DNA of 64,000 bases from Haplodiscus bocki (lineage: Eukaryota): contig OZ296649.1 in the NCBI GenBank assembly GCA_965655095.1, positions 44,144,001 through 44,208,000 of the forward strand, in the 5' to 3' direction. A program made the position numbers and the translations under genes. Position 1 is the stretch's first letter. Every line of letters begins with the position of its first letter. Below, piece after piece: positions 1 to 14,400 of the stretch. Below the pieces are notes generated by a model, which was not told where the DNA came from, made no database searches, and was given only the letters and a program-made list of their open reading frames with translations.

Positions 1-1933
1 CCATTGAAAGAAATATATTGGTTTTTGGAAGTAACCTTTGACCTTGCAAATTCTGAAAGACCCAAACTTCTTTGAAAGGTATTCATTTTCCAGCAGCGAT
101 TTCAATTTGCTTCCATTTTCTTAATTAGCATAAAACTTCGATCATTAAAACATAATTTTCTGCTCTTTAGACAATTTTGACTTGTTTTTCCTGAAATGTA
201 TCGGAAGATGGACTTCCTTATTTCATCCTTAATATTTACCGAGATTTCCATTTCATACAAAACAACCTGTATCTCTTCAAAATAACAAATTCGCTTTCTT
301 CAATATTTTACACTTTTCTAAAAATGCGCTGAAATTTTAGCATCTTGGCATTTGCTTTGCTGAGAACGAAAAGTATCGCAGTGCTGCTGTGGTTCTTTGA
401 ATACAGTATAATCCGATGCAGAGTTTTTTGAGCACGTTTTACCCAAAGAAATCAAAATCTATTTATCTTAAACAAGTGAGCAGCCAACCGTGAATTAAGG
501 GATTGTGGCACAATTTCAATTAGCAGCAAAATCAGTCAGATTTTGATTCTAAAAATCCCATTTTTTTTAACTGGGTGAAAAATTGTACTAATTTTGAAAG
601 TTATTTCAAATGTATTTAATAAATTAACTTGTAGGAGGTATTTTGAGCTTCTAAACATCGGACAATAACATAAAAAGTTGTATACATAAAGCAACCATTT
701 CATTTTCGTCATCTATAAAGCCATTTACAAGAAATCATTTTTCTAGTAACCTTTGACCGCAATCCTACCATGGAAACTGTACCTGCGGTCAATTTTATGC
801 ATTTCCGTTACAGTGACCTGAAAATAACGAGTAACTGCTTTTAGAGTAACAGCAAACGATGCTATGATAATTTGTAGCCAGTAAAAACTGCAAATTTGTA
901 ATCACCTGATTAATAACTTGAGGTCATTCAGTAGAGGTGACACCTTTTGAGACTCGAATGACCTATTTGGTATTTCATTAGGCTAAATTCCAAATTTTAG
1001 ACGACCATCTCCGCCTAGAAGCAACAACCAGTTGACAAATTGATGTCCATTTCCGTTCAAGGATTTTTGGATCAGATTTCAACAGAATCTTTCCTTAATG
1101 TTACCTATCTCTGTCCTCGGAACGGATATCAGAGGAGTTAATGGAAGTTCACGAGTCTCAAATTATAGATACTTTTACTTACAGCCAAAAGGTATAATAG
1201 GTTTTGGGTGAACTCTTGTAGAAAAACATCGCAGAAAAGATGATTTGTTTTTACAATTTCTGATGAAAACATCAATTTTTATTTTTCTTCCGAAAAAGCG
1301 TTGATAGAATAATTCCTCTTTTGCCCAACTTCTTGCCACTTATCGTCACCAAAAGTTGACCGATGGAAGCGAATTTCCAGTTGGGTGTTGAATTAGAAAG
1401 TGCATACCCCAGTGAAGGTTCAATGAGATTTTTGTATGATTTTGTACGTTCCCTGGTTGAAATTCCATGCAAGGTTTATTTGAATTTGTATGTTGCCAAA
1501 CACTCTTATCATGATTTTGAGATATTCATTTTAAAGTTTTCATGCCTAGATTTTCTCTGCTGCATTGAGTTTGTCTAAGATTTTTTCATGACTGTTGCAG
1601 AATTTTGCGGGGTTTTGTAAGCTACTTTGAAAATATGATAGACAAAATGGTGGTAATTCAAAGAACATTTTACAAAATACATGTGAAATATGTCTGCGTT
1701 GTTTGACGCAACCTACACAAAAATGCATTTCAAAACCAGCTGATGTTCTCTCAGCATATCTGCGAAGCCTACGGGTAGATATTCCTACAAAAAAGAATTT
1801 TTCTGGACTCCCAAGAGAGTTGAAAAAACTGAATGTCTAACAAACAATAGACTTTAATTTCATTCACACTTTACTTCTCATGTAAATGGTCGGTAAATAT
1901 ACAGATAATTGTACTAAACTGGTCCAGACTGGG

Positions 1934-2080
1934 TTGGAACCGCTACGGAGCAAGCAGATATTTACATAATAGCTACTGTAGAGGTGAATATTTGATCTAT
2001 GCTTTGTAGCATTGGAACCGCTACGGAGCAAGCAGATATTTACATAATAGCTACTGTAGAGGTGAATATTTGATCCATGC
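1934..2080 (+). repeat. Tandem duplication, 78-bp period
   Basis: TTGGAACCGCTACGGAGCAAGCAG...GAATATTTGATC starts at both 1934 and 2012. Confidence 0.9.
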
Positions 2081-2901
2081 GTGCTCCGTTGCTACTAGTC
2101 TGGTAACATCGCAGCCAAATCATTCCAATTACCAGAGTGCTAGTAGGCTGAGCTGAGATGACCATTCACGGAACAGTTCCATAATCACTCCTTCTCGCCT
2201 CATAGCAGCACCGCTGTCAGCAACGCTACACGCTAAAACAGAACCGTTCCGGAACGGTTTGGTTAAAAAGAAGAATGGACTAGGAAAGTTTCTAGTTTCA
2301 ACCTAGTTTCCACTCAACCTCCACTATTAAAATTTTCAAGTGCACATGCTTTTCTCATCCGCCTAAACATGAATTATGGAAAATCATTTATTGACGATAC
2401 TTCCTTTTTTTAATCCAACAACTAATCTAATAGCTTTTCAGTGGTTTCTGAAAAATGGAAAATGTTTTGATGTACTGTTTTAACAAAAAAGTATGTCGGC
2501 GCGGAAAAAAGCACATTGATGTCCAATTCCGACGGATTAGGACCCTACATTTTCCGTCCAAAAAAAAAGAAAAAACGTGGCCGGCCTATGAGGAAGGATA
2601 TGGATGAAAAAGTGTTTGATTCCCGTCAGAGTTGGCACATTTTTTGTTTAAATAAGACAAAATTACTTTCCCTTACTTTGTACCTTGAATTGGCGTGTAA
2701 GCAATTACGTTTCCGGTTAAAGAAAGGGTGTGAAAGAAAAAATGACAAAACTATATTGGGATAATTAACTGTATCGTTCGCTACTGGTCGTAGTAGTACC
2801 AATACTGATTGTCATTTTTGCCAATTTTTCTCCCAAAGTTGAAATTAAAAACTAACAAACTAAATCAGTCTTCAACAGTCTTCCACAATTTTTCCTTCTA
2901 T

Positions 2902-3330
2902 ATGGCAACATTAGGGAACAAAATAAAGTTGGCAGCAATTGCTAGAGAAAACCAGTAAGGATCCCCAAAGAACAGCCAGTCATGAAAGTCAGCTGTTCCT
3001 AGAATTAACGAGGAGTCTATAAATCAAGTGTCAGAGGAGAGAGACGACAGGGAAAAAAATAAGTTGTCCCAAGAGTTCAGTGGGACAAAGAACCGAATTC
3101 TAGGTGCTCTGTCTAAATTAGCCGAACTTCTTCTGAATACGCAAGTCCGGTTTAAATCAGGAATTGTTCCGGGAAAACCCCGGAACATGAACATAGAAAA
3201 CCAGGAACCAACCAAAGACCGTTCTCAGAATGATCCTCGCCTTGAAGTAGAGGCCTCCATCAACTGGTCCACTCAATCCATGGATTCAGACCCAGAAAAA
3301 ACAATCTGCTATGCAATTTGCTTTATTTGA
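2902..3330 (+). pseudogene. Decayed ORF, probably a transposable-element ORF1/gag-like fragment
   Basis: MATLGNKIKLAAIARE...KLSQEFSGTKNRILGALSKLAELLLN in one frame with two stops; no splice context; family not established. Confidence 0.35.
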
Positions 3331-4695
3331 CATTTTTGGAACGTTTTTTGATGGTAGAAAAACGCAGAAACAGGATTTGCTAGACGAAAGTATGTTGGAC
3401 TGTGATCCTGTTTTTTCAGTTTGAGCCTCAGATTTTTCGTGGTACGACATGAAAAAAAAATATTTTCATCCCTATTCAAAAGCGGGATAATGGAATGCTC
3501 GCTTTTGATTGGTTGCTGATGAACGAATGAACGGAAGTAGAGGAGTCGCGAATTTCAAAACAAACTACAATGAGTAATTTTCCGGCAGAACTTTTGATTT
3601 TTTTGTTCTTTGTTTCTGTAAAGTTTTCAAAGCTAAATCATAGTTGTTCTATATCAAGTAATCAGTTCTTTTGTCCTAGTTTTTTCGATGCTTGTTTTCG
3701 GAGACCCAAAAACTCAAAATTCCGCTTCAAGTAAAGCTTGTGGAATCTTTTTTCAAAGAGTTTTTTGTAGTTTTCAAACAAAATTTTGTATGTTGCATGG
3801 AGGAGTTATATGTTTCAGGCAGGTTTTTTCCATGTTGCATGGCAGTTTCTATATGCCACAAAGAGTTTTTAGTAAAATTTTCCATGTTACAGGCCATTTT
3901 GTATGATTTTTCATGTTGCAGTCTGATTTTGTAAGTTTCTTCAATCAGAAACCCTGAAATTACTGCGTTTTTTCAAGAAATCTGCCCTGCATGCTTTCAT
4001 GCAACATACACAACATACAAAATGTTCATGCAGGTTCGACTAGGCTCAACTTACACTCTTTGAATGATTTTAAATGATTTTTATTTGCTACTTGTACGGA
4101 AACCAACTTGGAAGGGACGTGACTTGGTGGAGTTTCAAACGCTGAATGGGAGGATTAGGTGATAACAAGTCAAATTTTCTGAACTTTAAGATGCAACTTA
4201 GGGTTTGTTACGTTAAGCAGACATTTTTTGATTTCTATCGTTATTTTCAGGTGGTTTTTTTATATAGGTTTATAATCTGGAACTGAGCGTCACTTTTGCA
4301 CAAATAAAAGCTCGAGGATCAAACCGTCAGTGAAATAACAGTTATAAGCAGTTCCGAAGTAACAGTGGTGGAGCGAATAAAAGTTCGAGAATTTTTTTGT
4401 ATTTTCACTGCACAACTCGAATAAATGCAAAAATCGTTTCATGCGGCAGTGAAAACTTCTAAAATACATGCATACTGGTTGTCTCAATTTATTTCTAAAT
4501 TGTTTTCCAATATAGAATAATGTCACGCAACTTCTACAAGGGACAAACACTGCGACTGATGACCACGGTTGCTATTGACAATGCCGTCTCGTAAGTTAAC
4601 AGTAAGGATAAAATGATTATATATACAAATCATCAATAACAACACGTACTTTGAGTCTATGACATGTGTTTTGTACATGTTCACTCCATGTGTTA

Positions 4696-6731
4696 GGTTG
4701 CGCTTCATTTGTATGAATTTAAAAATTCTGTGTCATTACTCCAAAAATATATTTTGTGTCTCATAACTGGGAAAAAATTGCGTCTCATAACTCCGAAAAT
4801 AAATTTGGCGTCTCAATACTCCGAAAATTAAATTTGCGTCTCGTTACTCCGAAAACGAAAATTGCGTCTCGTATATTCGAAAATAAATTCAGAAAATTAG
4901 CAAACACCAATGACTAACAATTGCAAAATTATCAAACAAAACAAAGAAATAAATGCGTCCTATTATCAAACTCAAAATTCAACAACTAATTACCAATTGT
5001 GATTATTCATTGGTTAATTTTATTCGCTGATTAATATTGACCAGTCAATAAAGCAGCTTTATGCAGGTGAGCCATACAGGTCCAATAGTTTAGAAGGTCG
5101 CGATTGCCCAAAAAAGAACGTTTCATTGCTTCAATACGCTCATTTTTCAAGCGCCATGTTCGATTTTAAAGTTGAGGGCGGTTTCCAATTTCCAAATTCA
5201 AGAGAACGTTTTCTACTATTTTTTCTTGTTGGCATAGAAACTTCAAGGCGAGCCAAATAATGGGCGATGCCCTCTTAGTTGTACAACCCCAAGCATTATT
5301 CCAACGTTCGAGACAATTTGTTGTCCTGATAATTGCCAGTCTCCCGAAAACAATCCGCTTTTTAGGATCGAAAGTTTCAATCCAAAACCATCGAAAAGAC
5401 AATAGAAATTCCGCAATAGCTGGATAGTGGCGCACCAAAAATGCTGATTGTGAATCTTGAACCAAATATTGTAAGCTGTTCAAAACTTGGTCAGAGGGAA
5501 CAAGACCAACCGACATAAACTATTGAAAAATCATATTGACAAATGTTTACTTGTGTACTTTTGTGAAAGTCCTAATTCCTGGAATTTTTGATAAATTGCC
5601 TGAGTATAGTGAAAGTAACAACCAAAATGGTTCTTTTCAAGAAAATTTGCTCAAATGACCAAAATATTGCCTCTTTCGTAGTCAGTAACAACATTTACAA
5701 TTTGAATGGGCCCACCTAATTTGTGATTTTTCGGTAACAAACTTCGAATATTTGGTGGTAGATGATGTTAGTTTTTCCGCTAAGAAATGGAGAAACCAGT
5801 GGTATTTTCCTTTCATTCGCCACAAAAAACGAATAATTGCTCGATTAGGGCGGGCTCCATTTGGAGGTTCCATCGGATAAAATAGTTTTGCAAGATCCAA
5901 AAATCAGAGAGGTCTGGATGTCGCGAATATGACCAAAACCGTTTTCGCTATCAGTTTTCAGAAAAAATCCAATTTTTTCCAAAAAATAAATTTCCATCTT
6001 TCGGGATTTTTCATTTTTCTAAAATGATCAAATTCTTGCGGAAGTTTTTTTGCTCACCCACGGTGAAGTGTTGACTCAACCTTGTGGAACTCCGGAACGA
6101 CTCCATTTGTTCTTTTCAAAGCATCATCATGAACGGTCTCGAGAAGTTGGATTGGGTCTTTGGCAACATTTTGTTTCAAATTTTAGAGAAAAATTTTGTG
6201 GCGGAGATTTTCTTTATCATCATCGTGGTTATGTTTTTTGGGGTAATACCAAATTTGCGAAATAGTGGGGTCACTGCATAGTGGGTAACACCGCATTTGT
6301 TGAAACATCGTAAATTTAGTGAATTTGCTGTTTTTCATAATATGATTTTTTTTATATGTGGTAAAAAACGAGTTTTGTTTTTTTTTCCTGCCAAAATTTA
6401 TAAAATCGGTTACCATACCGGTAAAGTTGAGGTTTAGAACAGACTGGTTTATTTTTGTTGCCTGCCTATTTAGATCCGAAACTGATCGTGACCAACAAAA
6501 AATTGACACTGGTTTATTTTAGCTTAAACTGATCGGTTCATTTTTTGTCGGCAAATCGTGTTTTGCATCGGCCAATGGAAATTGATGTACCGATTGGTTC
6601 GAATTTTAGTGGTAATGCGTCAACCAAAAGGAATTAGGTGTTTTTGGAGCGATCAAAATTGATTTTTGGGACAGCTGAAACCAGTTATTTAATTTCGGAG
6701 TAATGGCACTTGGGACAAATGAGACGCCCTC
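4696..6731 (-). mobile_element. Mutator-like (MULE) DNA transposon, decayed
   Basis: Minus-strand remnants DGTSKWSPP, GCYFHYTQAI and RTTNCLERWNNAW; imperfect TIRs (GCGxxTCATTTGT...CATTACTCC); subterminal ~30-bp repeats at 4750-4885; flanking CATGTGTTA (4687-4695) and CATGTGCTA (6732-6740) form a 9-bp TSD with one mismatch. Confidence 0.82.
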
Positions 6732-8304
6732 CATGTGCTACAGGAGTTTATTGCCTGTTTACATGAAATTCGTACCAAATGAAATAAGACCACTAAACAT
6801 AATTTAGGAAATAGTCTCACTCATTAATTACCAATTTTTTAATTGTGACAACAAAGAATAATTCCTACGATTGTGCTAATAACAGCCGCAAAGGGATTTG
6901 CAATTCTATCAGCATTGAAACCATTACCTTCGGCACCTTAAGATTGGCCATTGCGACCACTCGGCGTTGGTATATGTGCCTTTGCTACGCTCGGAAATTT
7001 TTACTTGCTGCCATTTGCAACAATTTGTTGTCCGTGAAAGCATCCGCTGACTCTTTTGAAATAAAGTTAATGGATAGTACGCTTGTAAAATTCATCCAAT
7101 TAGAAAATTTTGTCTGTCCAAATTTTAGCCTGTTCTTTATTATTATGTTTACTGGTTTTATGTCATTTGGGAGTCCACCGTTCACAAGAAGCGCGATAGC
7201 ACTGTCAAGTTTTGCGACAACAGTTGCTTAAAATTTTCAAAATTTGGAAAAACGTAAGGAAGCATTCTGAAAATATGACCTGACATTTTATAATAAGAAA
7301 TTAGGAACAATGAACAAACTTGGAGTGATTAATAAGTCTGGAAAATGATACTGAAAAAGAAATTGGCAAAAATTTAAGTTTCATTCTCAATACTCAAAAA
7401 TTCAGACACAGTTTTTGTAATAAAAAAGCAAAACAAAATCAAAGAACTTCTGATTGGAATTCAAGAAATTTACTCTACTGGGACTTGAACCCAAACTTTC
7501 TTTGTCACAGAACTTTGGAGATTCTACCCCAAAACGATTAACCGTTGGATCAAAAAGGTGCCTCAAGTTGTAAATAAGACAGGAAATGACTCTGCAGAAT
7601 CACGAGATAAAATTTTAGAAAAGCAAAAACAAACTACTGAACCGAAGATTTTGTTCGATACTAAAGTATAGTCGTAAAATAATAGAAAAAACTGCTGATT
7701 TGTTTCTCAATGACACTTCTGACAAAAGATATTTCAACAATGAAACGATTGTCTTATTAGAAGTGTGGGGTGTTACCAAAAATTTACTTACCGAAAATTA
7801 AGTAGTGAGCGCGATTTCTCAGAAATCAAACTGGTAGCTAGCGGTGTTTCTATATGCTGATAACCTTGATCTAGTGGAAAAAAAGAAAGTCTTGATCTTA
7901 ACGCTAACTCAAATCGCTGTTCTCGCCTAGTTACTTTGATGCTCATTGTGAGCTAATAAGTGTAATTTAGACTTAGAAGCCCCTAGAAACAGTTTTTTTT
8001 GAAAATTTTACGCAGCCTCAAAACTATTAAAAACTTAAACTTCCTTTAATGATCTTGAAAATGGTCTAGCAGGCCTTTTTGCACGCACCTGTTTTTTTGT
8101 ATAGATTCCATGAACATTTTTTATGATCTTGGAAAGTTTCTAAGGTACATGACGCAAGGGTGATTCATTATGTCCGAATCTCTGAATGCAAGTGTTTGGA
8201 AACCGTAATATTTTTTACTAACCTACTATATGAGATCCTGACCAACCAAGTGAAATATCAATTTATTGAAATTAGTCCATGCCCAGCTTTGCATTGTGTT
8301 CCAG

Positions 8305-8493
8305 TTTGTGTCTCACCCCCATTGTCAACAACTGCTGACGTCGATATGGTATGATCATGGTCTGCCGGGATGGAGGACGTGGAGATTCGCCATCAAGTTC
8401 CTAGTTGTGTTCAGCATCGTCATACTGCTGCCGATTCACGCTCTAATCTACTACTTCGCCCCAGACTCCAAGTATGGTCGTATCCTCAGACAG
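8305..8493 (+). CDS. TRPC exon (pre-S1 region)
   Basis: ccag|TTTGTG ... AGACAG|gtac; 189 nt; [24 protein letters not shown]...GRILRQ. Confidence 0.93.
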
Positions 8494-11400
8494 GTACACA
8501 CATTTGTTTTTGCATATTACATATAAATGATAAACTATAATTTAAGTGTAACGTAAAAATACAGTACTTTGATTCGGCATGATCCCTGAAGATCGTCTAG
8601 ATTGATGAAGTTTGTCGATGATCGTGAGAATTATAATACAAAGAGTAGGGGAGCTCTTGCTCTCTTCTGCAGCCTTTAGTCCTTAAAATTGATGAAAAGT
8701 TGAAATGGAAATTTAGAGTCTGAACAGTTTGATCAGCTCGTCGTCTACGCGGCGGAAAAAACTCATTCCAATAGCTGGGCTCCTTTTGTTGAAAAAGCGC
8801 CAAGTAAAAAAGTAATGTGACATTTCACCAACTTTATGACCTGACAAGCTCGATTCGATAACATTCATGACGAAGCCTTGGTGTGATGACCAACCAATGT
8901 GGACCAAATATCAAACTCGGCCCAAATCGTTCATTAGTTCCAATTAGCTGCCATTAGCAGCGTTAATTAAAATTTGTTGGATATAATTAAATAAAATAGT
9001 TTTTGGATCATCATAATAATTAGCAGCGCCAATCAGAAATATACGTCAAAGCCAGCCAGAAAACAATGTTTATTAAATAGGTGACTTGATATGCTAATTT
9101 TCCTATTTTGAGCAATAATAACAATAATAGCGGCGTCAAAATCTTCGCTTCATTAAACGCATTTAGCTTAATGCCCAATTACCAGAATGATCAATTGTGA
9201 GTCATGAAATATTTTGATTCGCATCAATATCAATGAGCTGAGAACAAACCTAGAGGGCGCTGCGCGTGAGTCTTAAAAAATTGTACGAGGATCTTTGGTG
9301 TTTTTCAAAGTTTTGGTTTCTCAGAGGAGATCGTTATGCAAGAAACAGGGGTAGCGTCACAATATTTTCGGCAATTGCTTTCTGAAGAAGCATATCTAAT
9401 GAACAAGTATATCATGAAAATTTTGACTTTTTGCCATTTTGGGAAGCTTTCGGAATGTGCTTCTTAACGGCAAGGAGAAACCATGATTTTTTGATTTAGG
9501 GCTTGACTTTCATCAGAGAAATAATTTTGAATTAAAGTGGTTTGAAGTGAAATGAGACCAAACTTTTCGTCTTACTATTACTTTGTGTAAATGCATTAAA
9601 ACCAAGAAAAGTACCCCCAAATGCGTGAGTCTTTTTGCATTTGCGTACCAGAATTTTTTCAGCAAAATTTAATCGAAAATTTTTGAACTACTGTCAATAA
9701 AAGACTACCTAAAAGTCAATCCCAGGATTTCTTTAGTTGCGATATTGTGGCACATTTTTTGAGAGTGCAAAATTTTTCTTTTCCTAAACATTATATAACA
9801 CCAAAGGGTCAAAAAAAGTTTTAAGGCTCACGGAGATCGTCTATTTTGGCCTTGCTGCTTTACACTTCTCGGCTTGTCGTTCATAGAATTACTTTGCCGT
9901 TTTGGTTTTCGGAATTGTAACCACCCCAAAAGCAAAGAGTTAATGTGATCAGTTCATTTTATTTTGAAAGGGGTTTCGAAACTAGCAAATTTGGAAAATA
10001 TATTCGCTTCGACTCATTAAAAAATTAAGACATTAGAATTACCATTGGGCTAATTACGCTGTCTCCGGATTGATTCTGGTTTTTGGACCGATGCACCCAG
10101 GCATAGCTTCTGATTAGTTGGGAAAAGTTGCACAAATTTGTTGGCTTGAATATCCTATAGTGAAACAACTTTTTCAGCCTTTCATGAAGTTCATCAACCA
10201 CACAGCGTCGTTTGCAGTTTTTCTAATTTTGTTAGTGGCCGCAAACAAATCTTTCTTCTATGAGACAGACAGAAGCTTGTCAAGAAATGCAAGAGGACCC
10301 TATCCTACAGCTTTGGAAGTTGCCATCAGTTTATGGGTGATTGGTTAGTCATTATTATGAAAGATAGGGTTACTTACATTAAGATTTTTGAAGGAAAATG
10401 TACTCGATTTTCACGTGAGTTCAAAGTTATTGGATTTAATTTCCTCCGCTGGTGCATTTAAGTAAAACTCCAAAAATGGAACAGCGCATCATGTTTTTGA
10501 TGAGATATCTTAGTGTTAGCATCGGGCTGCAATGACTGACGCTTCCTGAGTTTACTTAAATCAATTTCTTCACCAGGAAAAGAAAATATATCATCAAAAA
10601 ATGACAATTACCATTAAATTTTACACGCATAGCGGAAGTCCGACAGCAGCTGATGAAATCGTGATATCAAAAAGAATAAGTTCTGTGGAGGCCTGGCGTC
10701 AAACAGTCAAGCAATTAAACAGAAACTATTAACAAGTCAAAGATAACCAGAGTCGGCGCAGCCCATATGGCCTTAAATATTCATAGGACAGAGCTGATTT
10801 TGGTGTTTGAAAAAATATTTTTGTTTAAAACGTACGAAAACATAGCTTATGCTGGGATTCGAACCCACTGCCTGTAAAATTGGTATATTTCATAAGGAGG
10901 GTATGGAAGGAAAGTCCATTTTTTTCAGAAATAGGTAGATTTTTGGTATAGTTTCCAGCATAAAGTATTTTTTTCCAAAAATTGTCGTAAGTTCGGTATT
11001 TTCATATATGAATTCAGTGGACCCCGGATTGTAAGCCACTCGATTGTCCGTAATAATTATACATAGGCAGACGTAATTGGCGGACATTCGAATGGCGGGT
11101 ATTCGAAGCAAAACTACGATAAGTTTTTTTGAACCATAGTTTTTGATTTGGAAGAAATCTTAAGTATACCGAGAGAGAGGTTCAGTCATCTCTCAATCAT
11201 CCGCCAATAGTTGCGAAGCTCAGTAATCTCCCGATTTTCCGCCAATAATTGCGGAGATTTTTTTGCGAGTGCGTTGGTACCATTTTCGGTAGCGTTTTGT
11301 AATTTTACGAGATATAATTTTTTACTAAAGAGTGGGTCGAGTCAAAGTGGGAAGAGCGCCTTACGAAAAAAAGCGCCGACCAAAAAGCAGAAAAAGTGCC

Positions 11401-14400
11401 GACCAAAAAGCAGAAAAAGTGCCGACCAAAAAGCAGAAAAAGTGCCGACCAAAAGCAGGAAAAGGAATAAAATCGAATGAATGCTTCAATTTGATTAGTC
11501 ATTCAAACTACTCGGAATCTCTCGGCTCGCATTGAATAGCTATACTTACATACTTTATTCTACTTTTCAGTATGTCTTCTTATTACCTTGTCTGCCTAAC
11601 GCAGAACTTCTAGGTTTTGCGGAAATGAGTACAGAGCGCTGAAGCACGTCACTCAAAAATGCAGGAATTACGCTGCTGTCCCTACAAAACGTTAGATTAG
11701 TTGCTTAATGACGAATACCCGACGTCAACCCGAACACTTCAAAAAATTGCTCTGGTAATCTAATGAGAAAAGTTCTCTCTTCAGGACTCAATGAGAGAAA
11801 ACCTCCATTTTAGGCCATACCTTTTTCCCTAAATGAAAATAGAAGCATTTTTGCAAAAAATGAAAATTCTAGTAAGGCTGGCAGACAATTTTACTATTAA
11901 AAGATTGCAAGAAACTTGAAAGAAATTCTGTAAGGTATATTCTGGTTTAGGAATGGTTTGGGCGGAGTGTAAACAACTGTGGGAGGAGGGGTTGGATGAT
12001 TACATTAGACAGTGGTGGAACTGGCTCGATTTCATCATGCTCTCCCTCTACCTCTGTGCCATCTCTGCCAGGTATGCAATTTGATACCAATGGGTGGGCA
12101 TATTCATTCTCCTTTTCGAAGTACTTTTCATTTTCCTCCACACTTCAAAATGTTTCACTCCCAGAGTGCAAAGTATTGAATTAACGTTGCTTATTGCTTT
12201 CCGTTGTGAAATAATACAAAAGGAAAATCATTCCCTCCGTTTACACACTTTTTTCTCCCGTGATTTGCCAATTCTGCCTGTGTCAACTGCAAAGTTTTCA
12301 AGGGACTGTTTTTGCTCTAAAGGTTCTTCTGAACAAGTAGAAAGCAGTTTTGACAAAACTAGCGAAAAATTGCTCAAATTCGCGAAAAAAATTAAAGTTC
12401 GAATTTGCTTGGCTATACATATTTCCTTGTACAGATAGAATGTAGTTTTCACAACAACAGCCAAAAAAATTTCGCTCAATTTTTTCTCCCCTCGTTTGCA
12501 AAATCTCTGCTATTTTTCTCACTCAAGTAACTTCTCGCTTTACTATATCGACAACCCTACTGACTTCTTTAGTGTAGTGACTATTGGCAATATACGATAC
12601 TCGGACAACGATAAAGTGTTGAACCCACGATCGCAACCAATTATCGCCAGATTTTTTGAAAAGTATTCCGCGTTTTCATCAACATCTCCGAAGAAAGGTT
12701 CACTTTTATACCACAGAGTTTTGTTTTCCGATTTTTGGAAATGTTTTGCTCACAAGTTTTTCGGCGCTGCAAATTTTCGAGCATTATCGAGTACTGTCGC
12801 TTCTGTTTCAAATTTGCTGCCAAAAACTTTTGAAAAACCAGAAAAACCTGTAAAATTTAATTATGGATTATGTGCAAAAAAATATAAATCGAGAAATGTT
12901 TTGACTTTCCTCACCAAAAATATGAATATATGTATATATAATTTGAAGGGAAGGAATAATTTTCACTGGAAAGGTCCCCGTGTTTTGCAAAACAGGTATT
13001 TTAGTTAATATACTACTTATTTGGTGAAACTGACATAGGTTTTCGGGTTTTTATTTTGTTTAACGATGCTATCTACTCTACTGGACTACACTACGTACCC
13101 GGAGAAAGTTCGCGACTTTGGGATAATACCGATCTTGAAGAGATAGAAGAAGATGTATCGCAATCTAAAGGCCTGAATCTACAACTAATTATCATAGAGG
13201 ATATCAAAACACGCACTGAAATATTGCAGGACTTCACTGAAATAATGGATGAGACCTGAAATTATGCACCTAGGAGTAATTTAGACAAGAAGAATTAAAC
13301 AAAAGATCGTATTTTAGTAGATCTTTGCAAAACAACAGAATTGACAATCGATTACAGTAGGCTAGAGAAGATTGTGGGCTAGGAATCAACACATGCATTT
13401 CCCATGATAGCGTTGGCGCCAGAGACTTGGAAAACAACAAAACTTGAAAACATATCGAACTTATTAAAACTGTTCGATGTTTTCAATTGACCATAAATGA
13501 GACCATTACAAACGCTTTGAATGTGGTAATTTCAGTTTGCTGTCTTCCAGCACATTTTGACCCTTTAAAAAAGCAAACATTGAAATTCCACTCTGACCCT
13601 ACCTCGACATTCAAAGTCCTGTAACTCAAGGTCATATAGAGATTTCATCCTACTTTCTTTGCTATCTACATCCATGAAATTTCGGATTCGATTCTAGACA
13701 AAAACTTTGAAAATAGCACCAAACACCACCATTTTGAGAAGTTTTTATTTTGTTGTGATTTTGACCGACTGCAGTTAATTTATCACGACTTTCGTTAATC
13801 ACTCAGGTATTGAAGCTTCAATTAGTCTATAGCGACCTATTTGACCCGTATTTGGTTCTTTACATTGCAAAACTGTCGTCTTCACGAGATTTATTTTGCA
13901 AATTTGGTGTTTTGTAGCGTGATTTTTTGTTTATTGTGCGCTTTACCTTTCTGAAGCGATCATTTACGCCACACCTGCGCTAATCATGGGCTTTGGCATT
14001 CTCTGTGGTTCTTGGGATGTCACATACCTCTTGTTGACTTTTAATTATTTGAGTTAGTTGAAGTCTTCAATGACTATTGAAATAATTACCATACTTTTTT
14101 TCAAGGATGATGCATATTTACTCCAACTGAAGTATTTAACCCCCCTCTTACCTAATATTGTCAGCAATAAGTTGATTTGGATCTTGGCCGCCACCACTGT
14201 ACCTTTTATTCACGCTTTAAAACTTTAGAACGCTCTAATGTTGTGGTTGTTTGTTATGTAAACAATGCTTTTTAATAGTTAGTCAGACCAATTTTGGAAA
14301 AAGCTAGTGAGCGGATGATAGTTTACATGAAACTTAAATTTTATATTGTTCAGTTCATCGTAGCCGGGCGCAAAAGACAATAGGGTTGTAGTTGGACTAT

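Noticed and set aside
1774-2230. Possible solo LTR (TGTAGC...GCTACA ends, internal duplication)
   Set aside because: No convincing TSD or second boundary was found; only the tandem duplication is reported.
10850-10875. Isolated B-box-like motifs (also ~7480 and ~62785) as tRNA genes
   Set aside because: No complete cloverleaf could be built; these are likely SINE debris.
11375-11459. Direct repeats resembling a CRISPR array
   Set aside because: The units are contiguous with no unique spacers, there are no cas genes, and the context is eukaryotic; this is a minisatellite. ORFs spanning it are artefacts.
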